Source of the DNA: Balanoglossus misakiensis
Lineage: Eukaryota; Animalia; Hemichordata
Direction: 5' to 3'
Length of the DNA stretch: 64,000 nt
Assembly (NCBI GenBank): GCA_040954595.2
Contig: CM082598.2
Location: 1,550,001-1,614,000, forward strand
Shown here: one piece after another, positions 1 to 13,290 of the stretch
Layout of the letters: each line of letters starts with the position of its first letter
Numbering within the stretch: position 1 is the first letter of the stretch
Made by a program: the position numbers and the translations under genes
The notes under the pieces: generated by a model
What the model saw: the letters and a program-made list of their open reading frames with translations, nothing else
Databases searched by the model: none
What the model was told of the DNA's origin: nothing

Positions 1-220
1 AGACAGCGGGGAAGTCAGTAGGCAAACGAGACAACCACACAACCGTTCTACAACTTGTAAGTATATATTCTATTTCTTGCACAAATCACATTTATTTCTG
101 TGTTACATATCCTAGATGGGATGTATTCGCACCGTATCAGTCAACTTTGATGGTACATGCTTGCAGACTAATCGTACGTCCGATGGTCTGATCAATATTG
201 CTATCGAAGATTGTGACTAA
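1..220 (+). CDS. Possible 3' end of an upstream gene (exon <1-56, terminal exon 116-220)
   Basis: GTAAGT donor at 57 and AG acceptor at 114-115. A phase-0 join reads ...NHTTVLQL|MGCIRTVSVNFDGTCLQ...EDCD*. No recognisable domain; this could be non-coding. Confidence 0.25.
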
Positions 221-1045
221 AGTTTTCTTGGTAAACCAAAACAGGTTCTTCTGATAATGGACCAGTCTATCTCGTTTCTTAGTTCCCCAATCAGCAGAGT
301 GTAATTGGTGTGTTCAACCAGTCATGGACATCGGTATTTGAGTTGTATGATTTGATAAAAACAGAGCGGTTCAAAAACTAGTCCCCAGTCCGTTCGAGAA
401 AGCAGTATGCGGAGATTCTGGTGTCCATTCTCGGCTATGATTGACACATTAGAGCGAAACGTATACTGGCAGAGGACGAACAGTTTTGCCTTACATCCAA
501 TCTCCACTGGCGTTGTCCGGCACCGGTGTATTCATGATTACACAGTGTACAGTTATATTTGTGTTAGCTGTTAGTTAATAAGATTATTTTGATTTCTTCA
601 TAGACAGATGTAATTTTATTTCAATTCTGACCAACAAGAGATGCCATGATTAAAGAACACACACAACAACAAAACAAAGATCAAAATTCGTGAGCGGTCA
701 TTCAAATTTAAAATCAAGCCGTTGAGAAAGACATCTACATTGCCAATGAAGCACAGACAGAAATAATGAATAGCGAAGAGTACAGGCATACTAAGTTCTA
801 TGACAATTCATAAAAATAACCATTACAAATTACTTTTTAAAACTTCTACCCAAAAGACTTGTGACTGACCACATAGCTTCCAAGTTTGCTTTACACTCAC
901 CACATTGTCTGTCACAACAATGGCGCTGCTCATAAGTGCACTTTTGCCTTGACCCGACAACCTTTTTTTGCGACGGACGAAATCAGAGACAAAATGGCGT
1001 CCCGGTTGTCCTTGTACGTGGATACGCTTGACGCGTTTACTTCGT

Positions 1046-1211
1046 GTTGCCACGGTTACGAGAACCAGATTCTAGAAAAGAGGTTCACAAAATAAAATAT
1101 AACAAAGTGTGATGCCAATTCCGGCTCTATGACATGTACTGCTTTTCTTGCAGTTTTCTTGGAGAAACGCCAATTGTCTTCCAAGTGTCTCACCAGCGTT
1201 GCCATGGTAGC
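1046..1211 (+). promoter_or_regulatory. Two RFX X-box-like motifs upstream of the death-domain gene
   Basis: GTTGCCACGGTTAC (1046-1059) and GTTGCCATGGTAGC (1198-1211) resemble the palindromic X-box GTTGCCATGGCAAC. The second lies ~40 bp before the ATG at 1252. Confidence 0.45.
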
Positions 1212-1251
1212 AGCGGCGTGAAATTGCTTGACGACGCGCACCGGAATCATC

Positions 1252-3417
1252 ATGACACACAACGTTGATTCTGATCGCCTGTCCCCAACAGAAGTGGGAA
1301 GTAATATTCTGGTGTTGGGGAATCATTTGAAAGAATGGGAGGTGTATTGCAAACGAGATCTTGGTGGAATTGCCAGAAAAGTTAAAGAGCTGGATTTCAG
1401 TTTGCAAGGTATAAGTTTTATGCACTTAGTTGATTTAGGAAATCTGATTTGAGCAAAATCATTCTCTTTTTTCGCCAAAAAGGGGGAAAGTGAAATCACG
1501 ACCGCCCTCTATGGTACACTTTGCACCAACCTTTGTTTTTACTGGGGTCTCCTGCAATGGAAAGAATCGATTGTCTATGACAACACCACCGCTGAATGGT
1601 CTGATATTGATTATTGAAAAAAGGATTAGAAAATCGCATGATCACAACCACGGGACATTTGTTTTATCTCAAAACAATCAATACGAGGCCATACGAAGAA
1701 ATCTTTTCGTTGAGGACGTCCCTTTATGTCGTTTACATACACCAGAAACCGACGGCTTAACAGGACCAAAGTTCCAATTCCGCGAAACTAAAAACACACT
1801 AGGTATGTCCACTACACACAGATATTCTGTGTCATTTGCAATGGGTAAATAATGATCACGATATGGTGCATTATGTAATCTAAATACATTATTGATATGG
1901 CTGATCTTTGATAATTATTTTTATGCTAATTTTCGGAGATGCATAGTAACAACATGGGCGTAAATACACAAGTCAAGTGCTCGTATAAGAATTGTGCTCT
2001 AGACTTGGAATCTTGGCAGTTTTGAGGGTTAGTGGTGGTTCAGCGTTGTCTGCATAATGTATTGTGTCACTCACGTCTCCAAGTTTTCTTTGATGTCAGA
2101 CTGCAACCCGGCCCAGGTGGAGAAGAAATCAAGAGCCAGACTCGACAAATTGAAGATTCCGCGCTCGGCCGGCGCCAGACCCAAAGACGTGCTGGTCACA
2201 CGGAGGAACGTACCGGTCATCTCCAAGGTCATCGGCCAGCTCTACTGGCGAGTGGGGCTCAAGCTGGGCCTCAGCAAGGACAAACTTGAACACATTCGCA
2301 GCAACAGCAGAGGCAACGATACCAAAGCAGCGGCCGATGTTGTCAGCGCTTGGGCAGAGAAGGAACAAGACGGAGCGACCGTGAAGCAACTAGCGAACGT
2401 GGTCGATCGATATGACTCCAAGCTTGCCAACTGCATTAGAGACCTACAAACTGCAGGTAAAAGGCAAACATCGCGTGGGGAACCCGTAGCCATACAAGTT
2501 CTATAATACACTAATCATACTAGTTGAAATAGTCGCTGCGTAATAATCTTATAATTCCACAATCCAGCGATGATCATTCAAAAAGATAGTTTTTTCACTA
2601 GTCTTCTCTGTGTAGCAACTGTTGTTATTTCTCCACACAGCAAACACCATAGATACGGTCTATTCATACATAGATCTCGTATTCTGCTTCTCTGTATACC
2701 ATACTCGTCTCTCATCATTTTCTATATTTATCTCATTCCCCCAGATGCCAACACTCTTGCTAAGGCATTTACGCCTCGCCACATTTACGATTTATTTGGA
2801 GAACAGGACATCTTCGCAGTGTCAATTCGACTGAAAGACAACTACAAGGAAGTGGCCAATGAACTCGGCTTGAGCACAGAGGTGGTCGGGATAATCAGCG
2901 ACGCCAGTCGAGAGACGGACATTCTGGGGGCAAGAGGGATGTTGAAACTTTGGAGGAAAGTGGACAAAGGAATGTGCACCTGGTCCAGACTGATCGAAGC
3001 CGCCAGGAAGGTCAATGAGGAGACCGCGGAGGCACTTGATAAGATCCGCAAAGAAGGTAAATTGTTTAGTAGGAGCTCGAGTTTTGATGTTTTAGGACCC
3101 GAAAATGTTTCATCATTATTTACCCTTACTGTATAACTTGTCCTACAGGTCCCCTAGATGATTGTGTTCTGGAAGAACTCGCTCTTCATCTCGGAATCGA
3201 GTGGCAAGCGGTCGGAATCAGATTGCGATTCTCAACCAGGCAAATATTTGCCATCGTTGCGGACAGTCCGACGGAAGAAATTGCAATTGTTAATATGCTG
3301 CGGATATTTAGAACCAAGATACTGCCTTCTGATAATGACACTCACCACGCTGTTCTCTGCGCGGCGCTTCGGGACACGGAGCGCAAGGATTTGGCCATAG
3401 TTCTAGCCGGGAAATGA
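1252..3417 (+). CDS. Tandem death-domain protein (3 full DDs plus a DD-like N-terminal segment), ~383 aa
   Basis: Exons 1252-1408, 1746-1802, 2100-2456, 2745-3056 and 3149-3417, all GT-AG with phase-1 junctions and one open frame. The last three exons each carry a DD pattern: IGQLYWRVGLKLGLSKDKLEHI...W...ATVKQL, LKDNYKEVANELGLS...MLKLWR...CTWSRL, and LALHLGIEWQAVGIRLRF...ML...LCAALRDTERKDLA. The 5' exons are less certain. Confidence 0.75.
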
Positions 3418-5113
3418 CAATCCTACATTCCACATCCTGGTTTCCATCCCATCGTGCAACGCGCTAAGAGACAGTGCGTCTAGCTGCCGCAAAGAGGTGG
3501 TGTCGCGATTGGCCGTTGTCGTAAATGGGTATTACCCATTCCCACGGCACCATGCGTTCGCAGGGAAGACCAAATCTTGCCACTGAACATGCACGACAGT
3601 GTATAGCTCACAGGAATTCTTTTGCAATGAAGAAACATGAATGTTAAACGTTAATACTCAAACAAAACTCCAAATCGTGCACAAAGATACGCAATTTTCA
3701 GCTCAAATATACCTTTTTACGGCTTTCGATTAATCTTACATTGTAAAATATTTTCATGTTCACCATAACATGCCAACATATCCTGTGAGACTTGTTGGCC
3801 TTTCTTAGTTGAATTTGCACATCACCAAATCAATCAGATCGATGAAATCATTATACATGTATATTCAAACCAAATGACCAAAAAGTACTTGAGATTTATT
3901 CTTTCGCTCGACTTTTTATTAAAGGCCCAGTAACTCTATTTTTTGGCAATTTCTCAGTATTTTTCTCCCTTCTATCAACTCGGGTTTCTTGTATTGCGCC
4001 AGGCTGGATAGCTTTATGAAATGGTCAGTCCGTTAGCTTCTCAACAAATTACTACTGAGCAATATTTATGTTTTACAGAGTAAATCAAGAAACCACTGTT
4101 GAAACCCCTTATAACGATTCCGGATTTGATTCTGGATATTAGAAGATAGCGCCGATACAACAGGAAACGTTAGCATAGACAAGTGTGCGAATGAAATTCA
4201 GTTTTCATCAACACGTGCTTAACTGAAGGAGAATTGACATCTTATCGTTTGAATGTGCGAAGAACAGAAATCAACAAAGTGCAAACGTTCGGTCCCTTCC
4301 AACAGTCGCACATACTTGACATTTTCAAATTCTGCGTATTTCTTACGGAATCAGTCAGCAGAAGAGTCAGGTGTAAAAACACTGTCTGACTAGTATGCAA
4401 ATATAAGAAACAAGTACATCGAAGTCGTCATCGAACTTAAAAATAGTAAAACTCACAGAAGCGAATCTATAATCTATAAAAGAGTTTGCCAAAGATTGAT
4501 ACATTCTAAGACAACAACTCGAAAAAAGGATACATAAAATTGAATGATTTAGTTTTGATAATTTTCGGTATGGGGAGGCTAGAGGAAAGGTGTGATTTGC
4601 GAACAATGCTTCCGTCACTAATTGACGTCCATCAGTCAGTTCTCGTTTCTCCTTCTCAAGTGTTTTAACCTTTCTGATATCACGTGTCTGAGCCTCTCCT
4701 TAGCTTTACCTGTCACGGAGCTTTTTCAGAAAATCTAAAAACGAGACAAATATCGCCGAATTCTCTCTACCTTAAACATGTTTTTGCTACCTAGGTGAAT
4801 GATGGAAATCTCATATGGTCGACACAATTTCAAGATGGCCGATATCTCTTCTTTCCTGTGCGTCAATCTTTCATTCTTTTTTGTCTCCTCTCTCAATCAA
4901 ATTGGTTCGCCAACAAAGAAGCCGCCCCTGCACACGTGACAGCCTCAACAAGAGATCTTCTCACCAAGTATGAACACGTGGGAGGGAAAGTTTCAGAGAA
5001 CGACAAACAACCCCTTTCTCAAAGGATGCTGGGAAGGAAACGAGGAGATTGTATAAAGCATGTGTCTTGTCCACTGAATTCACATCATTGGCTCACAGGC
5101 GTATAGATTCAAC

Positions 5114-8100
5114 ATGGACAGTTTCTTCGTCTTCTTCGGACTTTTCCTCTGCTTGGCTTCAGTTAACGCCACCGAGCTCAACAAAACCTCCGCAATTGCC
5201 CTGCTGTGGGAGCATGGTTTCGACGACGAATGCATCAATAGCGTTGAGCTGGCGTTATACACGCCCAACGGTGTTTGTTCCAACGGAACCCACGACCAGT
5301 GTGACCGACCCCCGACGTTTGCCGGGCAAGAACCGTGGCTCTGCAATTGCGACGCGGACTGTACCTTTTACGGCGATTGCTGTGCCGGCCGCGACCCAGC
5401 GTGCGTTACCAGCAGAGTCTTGCAGCCAGACGGGGAGTATTCAGCCTGCGTGGTCACAGACAGCGTCATCAGAACCGGTGTATGGATGGTTGCAATGTGT
5501 CCACACCAGTTTACTGCTGATACACATCTGGATTCTGTAACGTTGAGGGCCAACTGTGAGACAACTCCTGATCTCTTAGGTATAGTTTGAACATTACATG
5601 ATTGCAACACAATACGCACAGTAAAGCTCGGGGTAATCCGTATAAAGCGTGTGAAACTACAACCACCTGTTAGAGCACTGAATTGAACACCTATAGTTAG
5701 GTGGAAACGAGCCATCGGGTCTAATGCTAATTATAATGTACCATTTTGATGGATTTGATTTCAATGTTTTTCTGTATGTCTTTGTTTACAGATGATGAAA
5801 ATACTCTCCTGACGACTCCCGTGTCCAAACAAGATACAGTGTTTCGGAACGTGTACTGTGCCCTGTGCAACGGCGTGAACAGTGAAGACGTGGAGTTCTG
5901 GACGAAGACGTGGTCTTGCTATGGACCAGCGCCGCCTACTCCGACAAGCTCCATCAGGAATGTCACAAACTCGCTCGATAATAAGACATGTAAGTTGTCG
6001 GTCTCACAGCCATCACACCCCACCCATAGCCTTCGTACCTGTGTCCCACTAATCGAGACTTGCCATGACACGCACCCTGTCGCCGAATTGTGCGAGTCAT
6101 TCCTGGCTGTAACCGGCGTTTTCTCGTATCCAACGCCGCATCGGCTTCCCTTTATTACCAATAGATTCGTGTATTTCAAGAACGCGTTCTGCGTCATGTG
6201 TCATTATGGTGTGAATGTCGGACACCATGTCAGATGTGGCATCAGACGTCCGCAAGATATGATGTCTCCTTGGACATCACACAACAACTTTCCTCCAACG
6301 CCCACTTTCCAAGCGACCCTTTTCATTGGTTTAAACCGTCCAGCCGTTCTGGAGATTTCAAACAACCTGACAATGGTTCTCACTACGCCTTGTCAAAATG
6401 GCACAGTGTACGACCCCATTAAAGAGGAATGCTTCACTCTTATCTTGAATTCGATGAATTCCTCTATTCCGTCCCTCCCCAAAATTACGAGACAGCTTGG
6501 TAGTAGTGACACCAGACTCCGACAGAATCCCGCATGTGCAAACTTGAAGTATTTGCTTAAACTACACATCGAGGCAAACCTCCCCCATGTTTCATATCAG
6601 AAAATTAATACTTCAGCGAGGTTTTCGGATATATTGATCCAGTTTTTACATTTTTCTGTGTCGCCAGATGCATGTTACCAAATACTGAACGTTTCAGCTC
6701 GGCCACAGGAAGACGAACAAAACCATGAGTCTGTCAGTGTCATTATCGAGAGCATTGTCATCGCCACCGTGTTAGATATCATTGATCCAACTGTTGATTT
6801 GCAAACCGTTCTCAGGTTGTTCGGTGTGAACGTGACAGAATTTCAAATACAGGTGGAAACGTCGGTTGGAGTTTGTGATCATCTTGGCGATGAGCTGAGG
6901 TTTGACTCGGTCGATCAGGTCCAATTTCTTGACGAGAACGCTCACCAAAATGTCGCGGGCGGGGTTCCCATAAAGGTTCAAAGAAGTGGTAGTGTTTATT
7001 TCGTTAGTGATATTCAATATTCGGTCGTGTTACCTATAGACAATACCGCCAACATTCAGTATCGTTTTCAAACATGCAAAATCGGGGAATTGTCAACTTC
7101 AAATCAGCTGGAGGAAAAGCTTAAGACAACCGAGCCGCCCCAAGAGTCAGATTTCTGCCTATCGGGCAGTGTTGTTCAACTCTCAAACAGTCGGTTCCTA
7201 GTAAGAGATGGCTTGTTACATACAGAAGATATTGCCAATGCAGAGGTTTTGAAATTTAGGATATCTTCGGGTGGGGATTTCGCGTCAGTGTGTATTCCCC
7301 CGGACGCTCCTGGTGAGACGTTTGCGGCGATAACCGGAGTGCGGCGATGGCTGGTGGGTTTTTTGGTCTACATCTCCGTGTTCTGTTCAACTGCTTCCAC
7401 TTTCGCTGTGTCTGTGTTTCTCATCACACGGCAAAAAGTGGAAAGCACGTGTTTCTCGTTGTTAATGGGCAGTGTATTACTGTCCGAAATTTTGGCCATG
7501 GTTATCGGCGAAAACAAGCTCCCAGCCGTCTCTTGCTTAATATGTGAAGTTCTGAAACAATTCAGTCACATCAGTGGTTTTGCCTGGCTGCTCTCTTTCG
7601 CAGTGTCGGTCTACGTTAGCGAAAATCTTGAAGAAAACCAATCACTCAGTAAAAGAAACACGTTCCTCAGTATCGCATGGGGACTGTTTATCCCAATCAT
7701 CATTGTGGGTTGTGAGCTGATCTTTTTGTTGGGCGCTTATGAAAGCTTTGTGGTCTTGGTGAGCGGACAGGCCGGGTGTTCGGTTATTTATTTGGTCCCA
7801 CGCCTTGTCTTCATACACGGTCCCTGCTGTTTGACCTTGCTTTTAACCGTGCCGGTGATTATTGCTGTATTCCGCGTTACAAAGTGCCAACAGTCCGGGA
7901 ACTATCTCTTATGGGTGCTTGTTAAGATCTACCTGGTATTTTGCATATTCGCGGCTGTTGCTCTGGTGAGAGAATTCTTATTTTCTGCCGTTGGTGTTCT
8001 GGTCTGTGACACGGTTCTAGCATTGAGAGGTATCATGTTGCTTATCTGTCTCATCCAATGTGCCAAGGACACGGATCGGGAAAGCCGTTTCCAGCGTTAC

Positions 8101-8157
8101 CACTGGGGAAACTCATCTGTCCGTGGTCCATCAACAGTGACCGTTACAGTCACATAA
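5114..8157 (+). CDS. Cys-rich secretin-class / Methuselah-like 7TM receptor with a somatomedin-B-like N-terminal motif, ~943 aa
   Basis: Exons 5114-5579 and 5792-8157 (phase 1). Signal peptide MDSFFVFFGLFLCLASVNA, CNCDADCTFYGDCC motif, and two F(R/K)NxxCxxC motifs. Seven hydrophobic segments lie at the C-terminus, including CLICEVLKQFSHISGFAWLL (TM3) and AWGLFIP (TM4). Confidence 0.75.
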
Positions 8158-9124
8158 TTACAAATCTTAACGATATCTAATGAACCCCACTTTGCCCCAA
8201 TAACACTCATTAGTGTTACACTGTTTCCTTTAGAGTTCACTGTGTAATGTAGCTTGTAAATTTTACAACTTATTTATAGAAATGGTTTTTATGTAAAAGG
8301 TGTAAATGATTTTAACACCTGCCCAGCCTGGTTTGACGCTTCTGTCAACTTGAGATTTCTCACTTGTAGCTCTGTCTGTGCAGTACAAAGTGAAGTAGGT
8401 GTAGGCATGCATGATGTCACCGTGACGATTTCTAATGACGTCAGTCTACTCCAGAGTAACGTTTTTAATGAAACACACAAAATATCAGTATTTTTGAATA
8501 TATATGTCTTTCAATATATAGTATCTTTGACTATTTTGCATACCACCCATATTTGTTGTATTTTAGGAGATAGTTATAACTCTGGTATTGTTTGATTAAA
8601 TGAACAAATCAATTAAATACATGTTGAATTTTTACACGTTTAACTTACATGCATTTACTCAAAGATAGTTAAAATATTTGGCGTATTGTTGTATTTCATT
8701 GTTGCATTAACCACTCCTGTAGCAGCTTTTAGTTACTTAACTGTTCTTCGATTATTGTGACTCTTACATTGGAACCCATGCATTTCCCTGTGGAAACATA
8801 GGTGGAGAAAATGATTAACAAACATGCTTTTCAAGATGGCCGCCACTTGAAAACTGTCAGTGGTATATTTCAATGTCATGTAAATCTTTCACTAACTTTG
8901 ACATCATCCTATTTATCCTTTCTTGCATGATTCACTTATTTACAAAAACATATACATGTAATCATATTTATCTATCGGCCTACATGTATACCGGTATGTA
9001 TCTATGTAGGGGCCTATGTGATGTATATGTATTTTATCATCGTTAAGTTATATTGTAAAAATACTCAATAAATACTGTAACAAGTATGTTACATACACGT
9101 TCTAAAGTTCTGAAGTTGTGTTTT

Positions 9125-10789
9125 TCAAATCAATTGTTTGACATTATCCTGTTCTTTCAGTTCACTCTTGAACTTGTCCGGTAGATATTCATCCCAGTTG
9201 AAACAGTTGAGATAATTGCGGTAAACTGGATGCAACATCCAGCGTTTAAACGCGGCGGCCACGTAGAATTGGTACCGGTAGTCGCCATGTCTCTCGTACT
9301 CTTTGCGAGCGTGGAAAGCCGAAAAGTCGTTGCAGGCGGCGACTCGCAGTTTCCCCAGGCCATCCCAGAAGAAATCGTGGTGGCCAAACCTGGGGAGATC
9401 AGGTGTAAACCCAACACTTCTGACAGACAGAGTTTTTGCCATGAAAAAGTTGATCGCCTCATCAGCCATCTGACATGAGGACGACCCTTCTAGGGGGTAA
9501 CCCCCGCGTTGTCGCTTCAAACAATATCCAGTTTGAGATTTTTCCCGGAAAAGGACGTTACTATAAGACCTGTCTAATATTGAGATGTCAGACTCTACGA
9601 GACCGCTGACGATATCGAGTCCCCATTTCTTGTTTTGCAGTTTCGCCAACATATTTTCCAGAGATGTGCTTTCGGTGAACAAGAAATCGTCATCAACCCA
9701 CAGAAAGTATTCGGTTTGAACTTGACTCACTAATAAATTTCGCCCCGCAAACCACCCTTCCGCAAATGGCATGATATAGTGCATAACACCAGGAAGGTCT
9801 AACGATTGCGGGTGTTCGGAGTCATCAGCGACAAGTATTGTAATGTTGGGGTAAAACTTTCGAATACTTTCAATCAGGCCCAACACAGCTTCGTACCTTT
9901 CGAACGTCTTCGTGACTATAGTGACTTTTTCAGTGATGTCGAATTTGTCGTTATGGTTGTAAAGTCTGGGAAAATATTCTCTGTACACGTGAATATTAAT
10001 CTTGGCGGTAAAAGACATTAATTTTACAAGTATAATGTCGCGTTTATTTGTATCATACTGTGTGCTTGTATACACCACGTTCGACAGTATCAGACTGGCC
10101 TGATCGTGATCCATGCCTGGTTGAAAATCTAATACCATGTTGCTGGTTCCGCTTCCTGTGACGTGGACGTTGCCGTTGACAACTCCGCCGTTCACACTCA
10201 GGGTACCGTATCCACGATCCGATACGAAACCGAGTCTGAACCTGATTCCGCTCAGGAGATGACTCCAAAACAAAGGATGGAACGACAAACCCAGCAATCG
10301 AATTGAATGCAGTGGTTCCACAGTCAGTCCACTTCCGGCAAAGGTCAGAGGTGAAAGTGAAGGACACACAGCCATTGGCTCCTTCCTGGCGTTTTCATTT
10401 TTCTCAAACTCTCGCCACTGAACTTCCCGTTTCTCTAACGGCACATCTTCATCGATTCGCCAAATGTAACTCTTGCTACCAGTGTTACGCTTGCATTCAC
10501 AGTGTTCGGTTTCCATAGCCACCCCATCATCTTCCGTAGACTCAAACATGTGACCCCTCCCCCTTGTTAGATGTTGCAGAATCCGTGCAAACGTGGACTG
10601 AAATTCACCGCCCTGACCCTTTTCAATCTTTGAAGACTGGAACACAAATTTCATTGTTGACTTTCCCGCCAATTCACTGATCTTTTCGTTGTTCATAACA
10701 ACAAGGATTACTCCCATGACCAACATTAATGTAAAGATCGCCCTCATTCCCAACAGTGTCGACGACAACATTGAAGACTTTACAGCCAT
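9125..10789 (-). CDS. B4GALNT1/2-like: Beta-1,4-N-acetylgalactosaminyltransferase 1/2-like (GM2/Sda synthase family), type II membrane protein, single coding exon
   Basis: N-terminal TM segment, HCEC stem motif, and GT-A motifs VTIVTKTFERY, ILVADDS, EGWFAGRNLLVSQVQTEYFLWVDDDF and HHDFFWDGLGKLRVAAC. First ATG at 10789 (MAVKSS); a 5'UTR acceptor lies at ~10820. Confidence 0.88.
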   Translation of the reverse strand: MAVKSSMLSSTLLGMRAIFTLMLVMGVILVVMNNEKISELAGKSTMKFVFQSSKIEKGQGGEFQSTFARILQHLTRGRGHMFESTEDDGVAMETEHCECKRNTGSKSYIWRIDEDVPLEKREVQWREFEKNENARKEPMAVCPSLSPLTFAGSGLTVEPLHSIRLLGLSFHPLFWSHLLSGIRFRLGFVSDRGYGTLSVNGGVVNGNVHVTGSGTSNMVLDFQPGMDHDQASLILSNVVYTSTQYDTNKRDIILVKLMSFTAKINIHVYREYFPRLYNHNDKFDITEKVTIVTKTFERYEAVLGLIESIRKFYPNITILVADDSEHPQSLDLPGVMHYIMPFAEGWFAGRNLLVSQVQTEYFLWVDDDFLFTESTSLENMLAKLQNKKWGLDIVSGLVESDISILDRSYSNVLFREKSQTGYCLKRQRGGYPLEGSSSCQMADEAINFFMAKTLSVRSVGFTPDLPRFGHHDFFWDGLGKLRVAACNDFSAFHARKEYERHGDYRYQFYVAAAFKRWMLHPVYRNYLNCFNWDEYLPDKFKSELKEQDNVKQLI

Positions 10790-13290
10790 TTTGGAAATCA
10801 GTGAACACACGAACCACTTCTGTATAGATGATCAGTTTACCATTCCATCCACTACAAAATTAAATTGAAAAAATAATAGCACATTTTCTATGATCAAGGG
10901 TATATTTAGTCAATGTGTTAAGTAAATATGTGCAACTGTACGCAGCGTATGTTTCTAGCTTTTAAATCCGTTCACAACAGCATTGTAATCGAAGCAGTTC
11001 TAATTCGGACAGATATATTGTAGGCAAATGACAAATGAGGATCAAATGTTGGTGCCATACGGTACAATCCCACCAGTAGGATTACATGCACACAGGGGAT
11101 TAGTAGAAAACCACACACTGCTGAATCATAACCTGGGATTATAGAAAGAAAATCCGACAGTCTATAAATTTACAATTGTGATAGAAACTGGACTAAAATG
11201 TTTTACCTTATTAAAAAAATAAAAAAAAATACCAGAGTGACATAACCACATTAAAGTGTGAATGTGACGTCGTGGAAATGACAAATTAAGGACTAAGCTG
11301 AAACAGTGCTAACAACAACTGAACAAATAAAACTATATACATTTGCCCCAAGGTCTTAATTCAACTCAAATTTGTAATATGTAAAATGTTAACGTTATTA
11401 ACACTATGAAACCATTTAAAATACATTTTTCGCGTTGGTTTTAGATGGTGCAAGCGAAATTGCAATCTATGTAATACACTGGTATTTCATTACATGTGTT
11501 CTTACCTTGTGAAACGATGGCTTTGATAACAAGCATGTAATGGGAAGATAAATCTCAAAATGGTGGCTACTAGCTGTCTCTATGAACTCTTTAACTGGAA
11601 ACTGCAGCTGTTACATGTACATGTACCTTTACCATGATTATGTGTAATCCATATCAAATACCTGACATGCAGACAGTGCCCGCACCATGTGCTATCACAA
11701 TACAGTCCCAAACCATAAAGACTTATATTTCTCAACCAGGCTTTCCTTAAAAAAATCTCCACCATGTCAAAAAGCCCCAAAAACTGATTCCCCTGTACCT
11801 AATTATATTTTAATATGAACCACTATTATATCTCTGTGGTGATAATATGACCCACCAAAAGTATACATACAGACACACACACAGAAATGTGGGCATTGCA
11901 TGCATTCTGTGATACTCAAACCTATAGCATACATGATATATGTTTTGCAATTTTCCATTTTTAATTCCTTTATTTCAGCCAAGATGAAAAGCGCCGCCAT
12001 GCGGTTGAAAATGGATCAAGACAAAAGAATCCACAACATGGAGAGGCTGGTGGCTGTCGTTATGGTGACGATTATGGCTTTCAGGTGAAGCTGGTTACAG
12101 TTGCCACCAACGTTCGTCGATAAAACCGTAATTGCCTGCAATAAGAAGTGATATACAGACAGACAGACCGACGGAAGGACAGAGAGAGACAGAGATATGG
12201 ATACAGTAACCTGAACTCTAATCGGTCGAGAGAACCAGAGATATAGCCTGTGGTGTTAACATCCACACACAGTAGCCAACACCCTCAATTAGTGGTGAAA
12301 TACTGAGTAACATTTTCCACTCGACTTTCTAATCGGTAAAACACTCACGTATATGTATTATATCTTCCCACCCTGGGGAACGTCATCACTTTATGTGCCC
12401 ATACAATCGAATTGGCCCCGTTCGTATTGTACGTTGTCAACATAACGGCTACACTTCAAACAAGTGTGTCGTTGTTACGAATTCAGAGCTGCTCAGTTGC
12501 TTCTGACACAGCACAGTCCTGACTTCGGCAACCCATGTTGTGAGGTGTGCTAAGAGAATTAAAGAACCCCGACCGGTGAATCAAAGGCTGGCCAGCGCTT
12601 GTAAACCGCCGCAACAAAAAGTAGGTCACTGTTAATTTAATGACTCGAATTTCTGTCTTTTCTCAACTGTGTAGTGTAATTCCTTGTAATTATTTGATCC
12701 ACAGAAAGACCTAACAAAACATTTGTCACCAGATATATCTAATTCCCTATTATAGTGGTATCCATGTACGCTTGTTTGCACTCACGCTATTCAGAGCAAC
12801 CACGCGTGGCCGATCCATTCACCCCTGTACGTGTTTGGTCGTTACAATTCTGTCCATGAAAAGGGAAAATAAATTTAAGTGTCTAATTTAATTAAACTAT
12901 GTATCTCCCGCAACTGCACTAATGAGAGTGTTTTGTATGAGACTATTATTAGCGGCATGGAGACATCCTCTGTGTATAAGTTAACGTATTTTGCTGCAAC
13001 AGCTGTTCATGGCGCGATTTTGTCGCCACGGCAACAAGAATAATAAGGCTACACTGGTATCATCAAATATGCAAATCATTTTAGAGCGACGTGGGCTGGC
13101 GCACATTTAAACGCCAGAATTTCACACCTCGGTAATTTAACCAAAGAGAAAGAACAGAGGCGAAAATATTTTCGACAACCAGTAAGCAAATTAGACTATA
13201 ATCGGTACTTAACTAAGTAATCTGAAATATGCCCAATGAAATACAAAAGCTGAATGGACACTTGTCACCATTTGTTGACATATCAGTAAA

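Noticed and set aside
823-1425. Several short overlapping ORFs upstream of the death-domain gene
   Set aside because: No domains; more consistent with CpG-rich promoter or 5'UTR sequence.
3919-4775. TTAA-flanked transposon-like ends (TTAAAGGCCCAGTAAC; similar inverted end at 44620-44635; CTACCTTAA at ~4767 and ~19552)
   Set aside because: Probably decayed DNA-transposon termini, but matching partner ends could not be paired, so no element was delimited.
12391-12445. Imperfect hairpin with TATTGTAC, reminiscent of miR-92
   Set aside because: The seed mismatches TATTGCAC, the 3' part is unrelated, and the stem is short and bulged.
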